Shown: one piece after another, positions 8,947-19,225 of the stretch | Position numbering within the stretch: position 1 is the first letter of the stretch | Layout of the letters: each line of letters opens with the position of its first letter | Origin: an uncultured Saprospiraceae bacterium | Lineage (GTDB): Bacteria > Bacteroidota > Bacteroidia > Chitinophagales > Saprospiraceae | Direction of reading: 5' to 3' | Assembly (NCBI GenBank): GCA_964489125.1 | Contig: CAZAXY010000005.1 | Coordinates: 4,535-68,534, forward strand | DNA length: 64,000 bases | Program-made: the position numbers and the translations under genes | Notes under the pieces: model-generated | What the model saw: the letters and a program-made list of their open reading frames with translations, nothing else | What the model was told of the DNA's origin: nothing | Database searches by the model: none

Positions 8947-11889
8947 TTAAAGAGATGAAAGTCCTAAATCTCGATTCTCTTCAGGAATAAGAGATTTATA
9001 AATTAGGGATTGAATCTTGGGTCTATAGTTGTTCTTGCCTAACTTATTATTTCTCATAGAAGGAAAAGTCCTGTTGGACAAAAATATATATATGATATCA
9101 TTATCAGGATCGGCAAAGACTGCTGTACCAGTAAATCCTAAATGTCCAAAACTATTGCGGCTAGCATACTCAGACATGTTTTCTGTCTTGTCAGGATTAA
9201 GTTCTTTTAAATCAAAGCCTAATCCCCGTCTCGAACTTGCCCAATGACGACGAGTATACTGCTCAACGGTGGCAGGCTTGAGATAATTGTATCCTCCATA
9301 ATATCCCTTGTTCAATAGCATTTGCATGAGTATTGCGAGATCTTGCGAATTAGAAAACAAGCCTGCATGCCCACTGACTCCTCCTAGCATAGCGGCACCC
9401 ATGTCATGTACTGTCCCCTGAATTTTAGTCATCCTAAAGTAGTTGTCCTGTTCCGTAGGTGGTATTCTATTCTTATCGAATTTCTCTAAGGGGTTAAATG
9501 TTGTCGTCCGTAGACCAAGTCGATCATAGAAATTCTCCTGGGCATAAGTGTCAACTTGATGGCTGGTCAAGTTTTCAACAGTTCGATTACTAATATAAAA
9601 GGCCAGATCGCTATATCTATAATCTCTCTTTTCCCGAAGATCAGATTGAAAAATCTGATGATAAATACTATCCTGATAGTCTGCTCTTAGATAGAGTCCA
9701 GGTGTTACAAAATGAGGAAAAGACTCCGTCTTTTCTTTACCATAGTACTCTTGAGAAGGTTTCTTTGCACCTTTTTCTGTAAGCGTATTTTTGTAGAATG
9801 GAATCCAACTTATCAGCCCTCCTCTGTGGGCAAGGATGTCTGCATATTTGATATCTGCTTTATTGCTTTTTTGCTGTTCAGGAATATACTTTTTAATTGG
9901 ATCGTCAACATCAAATAGATTTTTGTCATCCAAATGCATTAGAGACAACGTTGTCGCCATAATTTTAGTGACGGAAGCGAGGTCATAGACATCTGTATTA
10001 ACTACAGGTCGCTGTTTATTATAAGTGTGATGACCAAAGGACTGATGATATACTATTCTATTATCCTTAGCGACTAATACTTGACATCCAGGAGCGGCTT
10101 TCTCTCTAATCATCTCATCAACAAGAGCTGCTATCTTGCTCAAGGTATCAGACTCCATGCCTACACGTTCTGGGGTGCTATAACCTATACGTTGCAAGGA
10201 AGGGATCTTAATCCCCAGTCCGACTGGATATTTCTTAGATGCTGTCACCGGTAATCGCCCATTGATAGCAGTTACACCAAATAGCGCTTGAGCAGCCACT
10301 TCATGTGTGAGTTCATTGTCTTCATATGCGACCAGCACTGTAGGAACCTCCTCAAACCATTTCAATGCATATGGAGTGCCAAACATTACAAAAATTATCT
10401 CAGTGCGTTTAGACAGGTCATTGATGAATTGGATTTGCTCATCGTTAAGGCCATAGTTATTACGAGAGTACCAACTCATGTCGTGACAACTGACGACAAC
10501 ACGGTCGTAGCTTGAGAGCTTCTCAAGAGATTTTTGATATTCTGTCGATGCCCCATCCTTGGGGATATTATGATGATCTAAATCCACATAAGACTCTAGT
10601 CTCTTTTGAAAAGCATTCGGTTCATTGGCTCCTAATGCTATGCTAGCGTAGTTATGTTTCTTGATGTTGCGTATAGGCAGTACATCTGCACTGTTATTCG
10701 CAAGGGTTAGTGCTTCTTCATAGATTTCTGTCTTAATATTTACGGCCTCCTCGCTATTGATCTCCTGATTAAGATTAGTTGCATTAGTCCAAGATCTCTT
10801 ACCTGGCAGATCTAATATTTCTTTAGTTCTTAATATTCGGTATACGCTCTTATCAAGACGCTCCATGGATATAGTACCATTATTTACAGCATCTAGTACC
10901 CGCTTATATCCTTGAGCAATATCCTCAGGTAAGAGTATTACATCATTGCCCGCCAAAAAAGCCTCAAGGTCCGCCATGCCTGGCTCAAAGTGCTTTGTAA
11001 CCCCTTTCATCTCCATGGCATCTGTGTATACGATGCCATCAAATCTCAGTTCATTGCGTAACACGTCAACTATAGCTGGGCCAGACAATGTCGTAGGTCT
11101 ATTTTTTCGATCATCTAATGCCGGTACGCTTAGATGGGCCACCATCACCGATGTAGCCCCTTGAGCTATTAATTGTTTGAATGGGTAGAGTTCTATACTA
11201 TCAAGGCGCGCTCTATTATGGGGTATGATTGGTAAATCTTTATGTGAATCTACATCTGTGTCACCATGACCAGGGAAATGCTTCAGGCAAGACATCACAT
11301 CTATCTCTTGCATTCCCCTCATATAGGAGTAGGCTTTAGCAGTGACATTATCGCGATCCTCGCCAAAAGATCTCATATTGATGACTGGATTGTCAGGATT
11401 GTTATTGATATCTACATCAGGTGCAAAGTTTACATTTATGCCTAATAGCTTGCACTGTCGGCCAATTTCTCGACCCATCCTGTATACTAGTTGATTATCC
11501 CTTATTGCTCCAATCGTAATCTGTCTGGGGAAGCTAATGGCCTGATCAGGGAATCTCATCCCTAATCCCCACTCTCCATCAATAGCGATTAGTAATGGCT
11601 GCTTAGAAAGTTTTTGATATTCTGAGACGAGTCTGGTTTGCCTAAGTGGATCCCCTTGAAAAAAACAAACCCCTCCAACATGATAGTTCTCTATTTGAGA
11701 TTTGACATATTTTATATGTTCAGGATCATCCTTAGAAAAAGCTCTAATCATGAAGAGTTGCCCAACCTTCTCCTCTATAGACATTTGAGAAAGGACTTCT
11801 TTAGTCCAATCTCTTACTAAGCCATCATCTTGCGCATCTAATATGATTGCACTCATTATCAAGCTAAGTATTAAGACTATTTGTTTCAT
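8947..11889 (-). CDS. Secreted fusion of a glycoside hydrolase family 3 (NagZ-like) domain and a serine beta-lactamase/PBP-like hydrolase
   Basis: 980 aa. GH3 motif KHFPGHGDTDVDSHKDLP. C-terminal half carries the SxxK motif (DLASVTKIMATT) and HLGFTGT. Confidence 0.85.
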   Translation of the reverse strand: MKQIVLILSLIMSAIILDAQDDGLVRDWTKEVLSQMSIEEKVGQLFMIRAFSKDDPEHIKYVKSQIENYHVGGVCFFQGDPLRQTRLVSEYQKLSKQPLLIAIDGEWGLGMRFPDQAISFPRQITIGAIRDNQLVYRMGREIGRQCKLLGINVNFAPDVDINNNPDNPVINMRSFGEDRDNVTAKAYSYMRGMQEIDVMSCLKHFPGHGDTDVDSHKDLPIIPHNRARLDSIELYPFKQLIAQGATSVMVAHLSVPALDDRKNRPTTLSGPAIVDVLRNELRFDGIVYTDAMEMKGVTKHFEPGMADLEAFLAGNDVILLPEDIAQGYKRVLDAVNNGTISMERLDKSVYRILRTKEILDLPGKRSWTNATNLNQEINSEEAVNIKTEIYEEALTLANNSADVLPIRNIKKHNYASIALGANEPNAFQKRLESYVDLDHHNIPKDGASTEYQKSLEKLSSYDRVVVSCHDMSWYSRNNYGLNDEQIQFINDLSKRTEIIFVMFGTPYALKWFEEVPTVLVAYEDNELTHEVAAQALFGVTAINGRLPVTASKKYPVGLGIKIPSLQRIGYSTPERVGMESDTLSKIAALVDEMIREKAAPGCQVLVAKDNRIVYHQSFGHHTYNKQRPVVNTDVYDLASVTKIMATTLSLMHLDDKNLFDVDDPIKKYIPEQQKSNKADIKYADILAHRGGLISWIPFYKNTLTEKGAKKPSQEYYGKEKTESFPHFVTPGLYLRADYQDSIYHQIFQSDLREKRDYRYSDLAFYISNRTVENLTSHQVDTYAQENFYDRLGLRTTTFNPLEKFDKNRIPPTEQDNYFRMTKIQGTVHDMGAAMLGGVSGHAGLFSNSQDLAILMQMLLNKGYYGGYNYLKPATVEQYTRRHWASSRRGLGFDLKELNPDKTENMSEYASRNSFGHLGFTGTAVFADPDNDIIYIFLSNRTFPSMRNNKLGKNNYRPKIQSLIYKSLIPEENRDLGLSSL

Positions 11890-12057
11890 TGATGTCTACT
11901 TATCGGATGCTAACTAAATCTTTGTAAAAGACAAAAATACAAATTACATTTTATTTTAATATGTTATTTGTTAGTCTAATACTTCTTGATTGACATCGCC
12001 CATTTTATGATAACATAGTAACTTGGGTAGATCAAACTACTTATTCAATTTAATCAT

Positions 12058-13701
12058 ATGAAGAAACTCTTCCTATTCTATTTGAGTTGTTCATGGTGCA
12101 TTGGATTAATAGCGCAGATCGATCTACCTAAAGTAACGGATACCTACGCTATTACTAACGCTCTGATCACGCCTTCTGCTGGCACTGCGCCCTACTATGG
12201 GACCATAGTGATGACAGACGGAATCATCTCATCGGTTGGACCGTCGGTAAGCATACCATTTAGTGCTCAGGTCATTGACGTTGACTCAGCTCACGTTTAT
12301 CCAGCTTTCATAGCAACCCTGTCTCACGCAGGCATTCGCAATACTGATGACGACGAGCGTGTCGATGTGGATAGACCAGGATATCCTCCTAACGATGTTG
12401 CCGGTATCACGCCAGAGAAGAGTATGAGTTCGGAGTTCTCTCCTTCGGACAACTCGGTCAAAGGCCTACGACAAGCGGGATTCGCTGTAGCACATGCAGT
12501 ACCGAATCAAGGAATGCTGCCAGGAATGGGTTCTGTGATCAACATGTCAGGTCAGGATTATGATCAAAGTGTTATGATAGAAGATATGTCCATATATGCC
12601 AAGTTCCAAGGTGCATCACGTGTCTTCCCCGCAACAACCATTGGAGTCATGGCCAAATTCAGAGAACTCTATAAGAATGCTGAAATCGGAGCAAAGCATC
12701 ATAAAAGTTATAGAGAAAATCCACTAAATAGAAAGAGAGGAGGGCAAGATGCGGCGACTAAGGCGCTTTATAGTGCTACTGATGGTTCAATCCCAATATA
12801 CTTCCAGACAGAATCAACATTGGATGTGAGTCGGGCACTCACCTTGCAGAAGGAGTTAGGATTCAGCATATTTCTGAGTGAAGTAAAATCAGCACCACAA
12901 GTGCAGTCAATTCTCAAAAATAATTCGCAACCTGTTCTATTTTCTCTTGATCTGCCTGATGCGGACGACTCGGACGATGAGGATATGACAGATGAAGAAA
13001 AGGCATTGCTCAACAAGAAAAAGGAGAGTATTACAGCGGCATGTTCGCAAGCTGCGGCATTCGCAGAGGCCAACCACCCGTTCGCATTCTCTTTTGTTGA
13101 TGTCAAGGCTAAGGAAATCCACAGTCAAGTGAAGAGACTGATAGATCATGGCTTGAGTTTTGACGATGCATTAAGTGCGCTCACTATTGATGCTGCACGA
13201 GCACTTGACATAGATCAGGTCACCGGCTCAATTGCTCGCGGCAAAACTGCAAATATTATTGTAACAACTGATACGCTCTTTAAAGAAAAAACCCAGATTT
13301 CTAAGGTCTTCATAGAAGGAGAGCTCTTTGAACAAAAAATTAAGGAGAAGAAAAAGAAATCTGAAAATAGCGGTGAAGAAGTTGATTTCTCAGGATCATA
13401 TTCATACAGTATAGATATACCTGGCATGAGCCCACAAGGCAAGATGACATTTGTCAAGAGTGGCGATAGCTATGAAATATCTATCACCAGCAATCAAGCT
13501 CCAGGAGAATCCTATGAGGCCACAGATGTAGAAGTCGATGGCAACAATGTCACCTTTGACTTTACCATAGACAATGGAGGCTTTACCATTGCAGTATCCA
13601 ACGATATCACTTTGGAAGATGATTCGCTGGAAGGAACAGTAAGTATTCCTGACTTTGGCAGTTTTGACATGACTGGCGAAAAAATTGAATCACCTGAATA
13701 A
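12058..13701 (+). CDS. Amidohydrolase-family protein lacking the HxH metal site, with an extra C-terminal beta-rich domain
   Basis: Signal peptide. VYPAFIATLSHAGI sits where HxH is expected. C-terminal GSIARGKTANIIV matches the amidohydrolase tail. Contains an acidic DADDSDDEDMTDEE insert. Confidence 0.65.
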   Translation: MKKLFLFYLSCSWCIGLIAQIDLPKVTDTYAITNALITPSAGTAPYYGTIVMTDGIISSVGPSVSIPFSAQVIDVDSAHVYPAFIATLSHAGIRNTDDDERVDVDRPGYPPNDVAGITPEKSMSSEFSPSDNSVKGLRQAGFAVAHAVPNQGMLPGMGSVINMSGQDYDQSVMIEDMSIYAKFQGASRVFPATTIGVMAKFRELYKNAEIGAKHHKSYRENPLNRKRGGQDAATKALYSATDGSIPIYFQTESTLDVSRALTLQKELGFSIFLSEVKSAPQVQSILKNNSQPVLFSLDLPDADDSDDEDMTDEEKALLNKKKESITAACSQAAAFAEANHPFAFSFVDVKAKEIHSQVKRLIDHGLSFDDALSALTIDAARALDIDQVTGSIARGKTANIIVTTDTLFKEKTQISKVFIEGELFEQKIKEKKKKSENSGEEVDFSGSYSYSIDIPGMSPQGKMTFVKSGDSYEISITSNQAPGESYEATDVEVDGNNVTFDFTIDNGGFTIAVSNDITLEDDSLEGTVSIPDFGSFDMTGEKIESPE

Positions 13702-13708
13702 TCATATC

Positions 13709-15058
13709 ATGAACAAATTTATAGCAACAATATTCGCCCTAACCATCAGTATATCACTGTTTGCTCAAGAGCGTGGCGATATCCTCATCATCGATGGTAC
13801 CGTGATCACCGTAACTGGCGATATACTTGAAGACACAGATGTACTTATTCGTAATGGTAAGATTGACCAAATTGGCCAAGGCTTATCTGTATCTGGTGAT
13901 GTCAAGACTATAGATGCCGCAGGTAAATATGTTATGCCGGGCATCATTGATGCACATAGTCACATTGCTCTTGATGTTGTTAATGAGGCGACTGATCCTA
14001 ATACTGCCAATGTAGATGTAGGCGATGCTATCAATCCTTACGACATAGGAATCTACCGTGCCCTTGCAGGTGGTGTAACCATATCACATGCCATGCATGG
14101 CTCTGCTAATGCTGTAGGGGGGCAATGTGAAACCATCAAACATCGATGGGGCACCTTCAATCCTGAAGCCATGAAAATGGTTGATGCTCCTAGAACTATA
14201 AAGTTTGCACTCGGAGAAAATCCTATGAGAGTACATGGTGAGCGCAGTGACATCGTCCCTCGTACTCGGATGGGGGTAGAACAAATCTTTAGAGAATCAT
14301 TCGGAAAAGCTCAAGTATACATGGAGTCTTGGGATAACTACAATAAAAAACCAAATGCTGCTGCAGCACCCCCTGCATATGATCTCAAGATGGAGACTAT
14401 GGCGGATATCCTAAGGGGAGAGATCATCGTACACTGTCATTCCTATCGCGCTGATGAAATCCTGATGCTAGTCGATGTACTCCGGGATTATGGCGTTGAC
14501 AAGATCTGCTTCCAACACGTCAATGAAGGATTCAAAGTAGCTCCCGAATTAGCTGAGTATGGAGCAATGGCATCAGTATTTGCTGATTGGTGGGCCTACA
14601 AGTTTGAGGTGTACTATAGCACCGCTTATAATGCTGCTATACTTACTGAAAATGGGGTTGTCACCTCTATTAACTCCGATTCAGGCGAGTTAATCAGGCA
14701 CCTATACCACGAAGCAGCTAAGACGCAGCGATATGGAGGACTATCAGATAATGAAGCATTACGATTGATCACAATCAATCCTGCTATTCAGCTGGGTATA
14801 GATGATCGAGTAGGCAGTATAGAAGTCGGCAAAGATGGAGATATTACCATATTTGATAATCATCCTTTATCAATCTATGCCATACCACAACAGACTATAG
14901 TTGATGGAGTAGTCAGATTTGATATTAATGATCCGGATGACATGAGAGTCCTAGTCGATCCAGAAGAAAATCTCTCTTCATTCATAGATCATCACGCCGA
15001 GCATCATGAGGATGACAGATGTATGCAGGATGTACTAGAGTTTTTCAGCAACCATTAA
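13709..15058 (+). CDS. Amidohydrolase-family metallohydrolase (secreted)
   Basis: Start moved to MNKFIATIFALTISISLFAQ. Intact HxH (PGIIDAHSHIAL) and GSIEVGKDGDITIFD. Confidence 0.8.
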   Translation: MNKFIATIFALTISISLFAQERGDILIIDGTVITVTGDILEDTDVLIRNGKIDQIGQGLSVSGDVKTIDAAGKYVMPGIIDAHSHIALDVVNEATDPNTANVDVGDAINPYDIGIYRALAGGVTISHAMHGSANAVGGQCETIKHRWGTFNPEAMKMVDAPRTIKFALGENPMRVHGERSDIVPRTRMGVEQIFRESFGKAQVYMESWDNYNKKPNAAAAPPAYDLKMETMADILRGEIIVHCHSYRADEILMLVDVLRDYGVDKICFQHVNEGFKVAPELAEYGAMASVFADWWAYKFEVYYSTAYNAAILTENGVVTSINSDSGELIRHLYHEAAKTQRYGGLSDNEALRLITINPAIQLGIDDRVGSIEVGKDGDITIFDNHPLSIYAIPQQTIVDGVVRFDINDPDDMRVLVDPEENLSSFIDHHAEHHEDDRCMQDVLEFFSNH

Positions 15059-15071
15059 GATCCGAACAAAC

Positions 15072-16364
15072 ATGAAACGATATATAATAAGCTTAGTCAT
15101 TATCCTTGGTTATCAACTGGCATTCGGCCAGCAGATCACCAAGTCAACTTACAATAAGACACTATTAAAGAATGCTACTGTCCATACCATAACGGATGGC
15201 ACCAAGGAAAATACTGATGTCTTAATTGATCAGGGCAAGATCGTTGAGATTGGGGAAAGTATAAACGCTTCAGATGCCATTGTCATAGATTGTAGTGATC
15301 ACCATGTGTATCCAGGGTTTATCAATAGCGGTACGCAATTGGGTATGTCAGAGGTAGGTGCTGTATCTCTAACTAATGACTTTAACGAGATCGGTGACTT
15401 TATCCCTCACATGCAGGCACTTACAGCCGTTAATCCAAATGCAGTAGCTATACCTGTCACGAGAGTCAATGGCGTAACTTCTGTCATAGCCGCACCTCGT
15501 GGTGGATTATTTCCAGGCACAGCATCTCTCATCAACCTGCATGGATATACACCTAATGATATGTTTGCTGGGTTTAAAGGTGTAGCCATGAATTTCCCAT
15601 CTACAGCTAAGCGAGGACGTAGAGATAGTCGATCAGATGAAGATATCAAAAAAGCGCAGGAGAAGGCTATCAAGAACCTCAATGAGATCTGGGCCAACTT
15701 AAGCACATTTGCCAAGATTGATTCTGCTAAAGGAGCACAGAATACGAGTACGCCCAAAACCTATCAACCTGAATATGATGCACTCATAGATGTATACAGA
15801 GGCAATACCACACTAATGATAGAAGTCAACAAAGATGAGGATATCAAAAACGCCATCGAATGGGTAAAAGACAAAAACCTAAAAGTCATCTTCACAGGAG
15901 TGACAGAGGGATGGAGAGTGGCAAAGGAATTAGCAGAATCAGGTATACCTGTTATCACGGGACCTGTCTTAAGTATACCCGGCCGTAGTTATACCAGATA
16001 TGATGTTAATTACAGCAATGCGGGTGTCATGCAACAAGCTGGAGTTACCGTAGCATTGAGAACCAATGATGCAGAAAATGCTCGAAATCTTCCATTCAAT
16101 GCGGGCTTTGCGGCGGCATATGGTATGGGTATAGAGGAAGCTCTCAAGTCGATAACCATTAATCCTGCTAAAATCTTTGATCTTGAAGATCAATATGGCA
16201 GTATTGCTGCAGGTAAGGTGGCCAATCTATTTGTCAGTACAGGGGATCCATTTGAGATGAAGTCGGATATCACACATCTCTTTATCAATGGATGGAATAT
16301 ACCTATTGAGAATAGACATACGCTACTTTATAACGAGTTCTTGCATCGTAGTCCTGGGAAGTAG
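15072..16364 (+). CDS. Amidohydrolase-family protein with a degenerate metal site
   Basis: Signal peptide. YPGFINSGTQLGM replaces HxH. GSIAAGKVANLFV tail. Confidence 0.75.
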   Translation: MKRYIISLVIILGYQLAFGQQITKSTYNKTLLKNATVHTITDGTKENTDVLIDQGKIVEIGESINASDAIVIDCSDHHVYPGFINSGTQLGMSEVGAVSLTNDFNEIGDFIPHMQALTAVNPNAVAIPVTRVNGVTSVIAAPRGGLFPGTASLINLHGYTPNDMFAGFKGVAMNFPSTAKRGRRDSRSDEDIKKAQEKAIKNLNEIWANLSTFAKIDSAKGAQNTSTPKTYQPEYDALIDVYRGNTTLMIEVNKDEDIKNAIEWVKDKNLKVIFTGVTEGWRVAKELAESGIPVITGPVLSIPGRSYTRYDVNYSNAGVMQQAGVTVALRTNDAENARNLPFNAGFAAAYGMGIEEALKSITINPAKIFDLEDQYGSIAAGKVANLFVSTGDPFEMKSDITHLFINGWNIPIENRHTLLYNEFLHRSPGK

Positions 16365-16386
16365 ATTCTGAAGAAAGACAGAATTA

Positions 16387-17859
16387 ATGATTAATGATTT
16401 AAAGTTTACTGTTGATAGTGCCCTTTTACAAGAGCTGGGCGAAAAGCTTGTGGAGACAGTGCATTTAGCCCTATCCGAATTAGTTAAAAATGCATATGAC
16501 GCTGATGCAACAAAGGTTGAAGTGATCTTTGAAATCAAAGAAGATGGAAACACTAGATTAAAGATAGTTGACGACGGCATAGGTATGAATTTTGAAGCAG
16601 TCCAGAATTTTTGGATGCGCATAGCTACGACTAATAAATACACTAATTCTACCTCCTCTTTCTACGTCGACAGTTAACTGGAGCAAAGGGCATAGGACGA
16701 TTTTCATGCCGTAGGCTTGGACGAAAACTAACACTAATAACAAAGGGAACTCGATCAGGGGATTTACGGGAAATCCTAGAAAACGTTGAAGAATCTAAAG
16801 TAGTTTTCCCGTGGACCACGTTTGAATCTGGCAAAGATGTAACCACCATAGTTTGTTCAGGAGAGCAAACAATAATTGAAAAAGGACAGACTGGTACAAC
16901 CTTAATCATAGATGATATAGTCGATGAATGGACGACTCGTGGTCTCAATTGGCTAAAAAGAAATTTAGCCGTATTGACCGCAAATCGAGGTGCAAAACGT
17001 GATGGCTTTCCCGATGATCCTGGATTTCTGATATTACTTAATGCCCCTGATTTTGAGGAAGGTGTCCGTGATTTGAGATCGGATTTAATTAATGCTGGGT
17101 GGGGAACATTGTAAGCACGCCTAAACTCAAAACATCAAGCCGTCTGCGAAATCAATGCGCTTGGCATCGGTCGGCGAACGATTACTTCGGATAAGAAATT
17201 CTCAATGCTTGAGGGCACAACTCTTGAGGTTGGAATTATGGTTGAGATTCGGAGTCAAATGAGAGATTTAAGCATTTTGTCTAAAGGAAATCTCCAGAAA
17301 ATATTAAGTGATTGGGGTGGTGTGCAGGTCCGTCACAATGGTTTTCGTGTTCACCCTTATGGTAATGATGATTGGCTTAAAATTGAAAAGCAAGTCCGAA
17401 GGATGAACTATTTCTATTTGCTGAAAGCTTAAGAGGCGTTGTCCCTAAAAAGTCACTTTTGAATCAATTATCCTCTTCTAGCTATATTGGCAATGTAGAC
17501 ATTGGCACCAATTCTTCAGGATTTGAAATGAAGGCTTTATTGAGTCAGAATCGATGGAAGAATTGAAGAACTTTGTAAGGTTTGCAATTCATTGGTCCAC
17601 GATTCTGAGAGAGTATTACATAAGACAGGAGGAGTTAAAAATTGCTGAGCACACTAAAGTGAGACTTGAAAACTTAGTCGACGAGCCCTTGGAAGAACGA
17701 CAGGTAGTTCAAACTGCCATAGATTATATTGACACTCAATTCAAATCAAGAATTGCTGAGTTTATCCCTACTGAAGAAAAAGCTGAAATAGAGAAATCTT
17801 TATTTACTGCAACAGAGGCTATTCAGAAACATAACAACTCAATTCAAGCACAAGCATAG
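16387..17859 (+). pseudogene. Decayed GHKL (HATPase_c/HSP90/MORC-like) ATPase gene with at least 3 frameshifts and 1 in-frame TAA; probably 3'-truncated
   Basis: N box ELVKNAYDA and G1 box DDGIGM are in frame 1. The G2 box TGAKGIGRFSCRRLG continues in another frame from ~16665. In-frame TAA at 17112. Further frame changes near 17400 and 17535, where the reading ...GFEMKA resumes as GFIESESMEELKNF. Confidence 0.75.
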
Positions 17860-17876
17860 GTGCTAATCGCACCTCA

Positions 17877-19205
17877 TTAAATGACTTTAGAAATTAATTC
17901 AGGTATTCTATCGGCATAAAACAGGGGAATATTGAGAAGATCTCCAGTTAAATTCAAATTGAGATTCGATATTCTCACTCTAAGTGGAGGTGCGAACTTT
18001 TGCTGATAGACGCTTAAACTTTTAGCTTTGGTTTGCTCTCCTGACTTCACTTCAATTGGGATACAATCGCTTATATGTTCTATGACAAAATCTATTTCTG
18101 CTTTGCCATCAGAGGTCCAGTAATATGGATTTTGATGAATTGTTGTCTTCAGACACTGGCTGACATAGTTCTCTGCGATTGAACCTTTGAATTCTTTGAA
18201 GAATTGGTGCCCGTCAATAAAGGCACGAGGATCCAAGCCTGCCAACCTCACTAATAAACTAGTATCAAATACATAGAGCTTATAGGTAGTCAAATCTTCG
18301 TATGCTTTCAATGGTATGTGTGCTGTAGTGATGCCAGAAACCTTATATAATAAACCAGCTTGTATCAACCATTGGATTGCCTCTTCATACTCCCTTGCCC
18401 GAGCACCAGTCTTGATTAGTTTATAGATGAATTTTTTATTATCTCTAGCTAATTGTGAGGGAATAGAATTCCAGACCTGTTGGATCTTTGTCGAGGTTGT
18501 CTTTTCGGCATGCTTAACAAAATCTAATTGATAGGCCTTTAAAATTTGATCTTGTAATTGATGTGCATCTCCAACATTTCTGTTCACTAAATATGCTGAG
18601 GCAACTTCTGGCATACCGCCAAATAGGATATACTCTTTATGTATTGTTTGTAGTGGTTCAAAAAATGCCTGAGGCAAGGCTTCTACTCCATCTTGTTCTA
18701 AAAAATGCAGATAAGAACTATATAATTTGCTGTCAGCTGATTCTAGGTACTCCTCAAATGCTAACGGATACATCTCTAAAAACTCCACCTTCCCCACAGG
18801 AAATGATCGGCTATTACCAATACTAAGACCTAATAGAGAACCCGCTCCAATAATATGAACACCGGGTTTCTGTTCACAAAAGTATTTTAGTGAAATCAAG
18901 GCATCTTTACATTCTTGTATTTCATCAAAAATTATCAGCGTTTTATGCTCTTTGATTGAGCGTCCATGAAGCAAACTTATTTTTTCAAGAATCTTATTGG
19001 GATCCTTATCTCCTATAAAAAAGGAGTGAATATTCTGCAGCTGCTCAAAGTTGAGATAAATGAAATCTTCATATTCTTCTTGACCAAATGACTTCAGGAT
19101 AGTCGTCTTGCCAATCTGTCGTGCGCCCATAAGTAATAGGGGCTTTCTATGGATCTTTGACTTCCATGACTTAAGAGAATCATATATTTTTCTATTGAAC
19201 TTCAT
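17877..19205 (-). CDS. AAA+ ATPase of the AAA_14/DUF4143 type (function unknown)
   Basis: 442 aa. Walker A GARQIGKTT and Walker B LIIFDEIQ. The C-terminal half looks like a DUF4143/PD-(D/E)xK-like region (AEIDFVIE...IPIEVKSG). Confidence 0.8.
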   Translation of the reverse strand: MKFNRKIYDSLKSWKSKIHRKPLLLMGARQIGKTTILKSFGQEEYEDFIYLNFEQLQNIHSFFIGDKDPNKILEKISLLHGRSIKEHKTLIIFDEIQECKDALISLKYFCEQKPGVHIIGAGSLLGLSIGNSRSFPVGKVEFLEMYPLAFEEYLESADSKLYSSYLHFLEQDGVEALPQAFFEPLQTIHKEYILFGGMPEVASAYLVNRNVGDAHQLQDQILKAYQLDFVKHAEKTTSTKIQQVWNSIPSQLARDNKKFIYKLIKTGARAREYEEAIQWLIQAGLLYKVSGITTAHIPLKAYEDLTTYKLYVFDTSLLVRLAGLDPRAFIDGHQFFKEFKGSIAENYVSQCLKTTIHQNPYYWTSDGKAEIDFVIEHISDCIPIEVKSGEQTKAKSLSVYQQKFAPPLRVRISNLNLNLTGDLLNIPLFYADRIPELISKVI

Positions 19206-19225
19206 TGTGTCGGCACACCTAAGAT

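Noticed and set aside
16323-16948. Minus-strand ORFs (106, 61 and 99 aa) opposite the GHKL pseudogene.
   Set aside because: Their translations are low-complexity and lack motifs, whereas the plus strand carries colinear GHKL motifs across the frame breaks.
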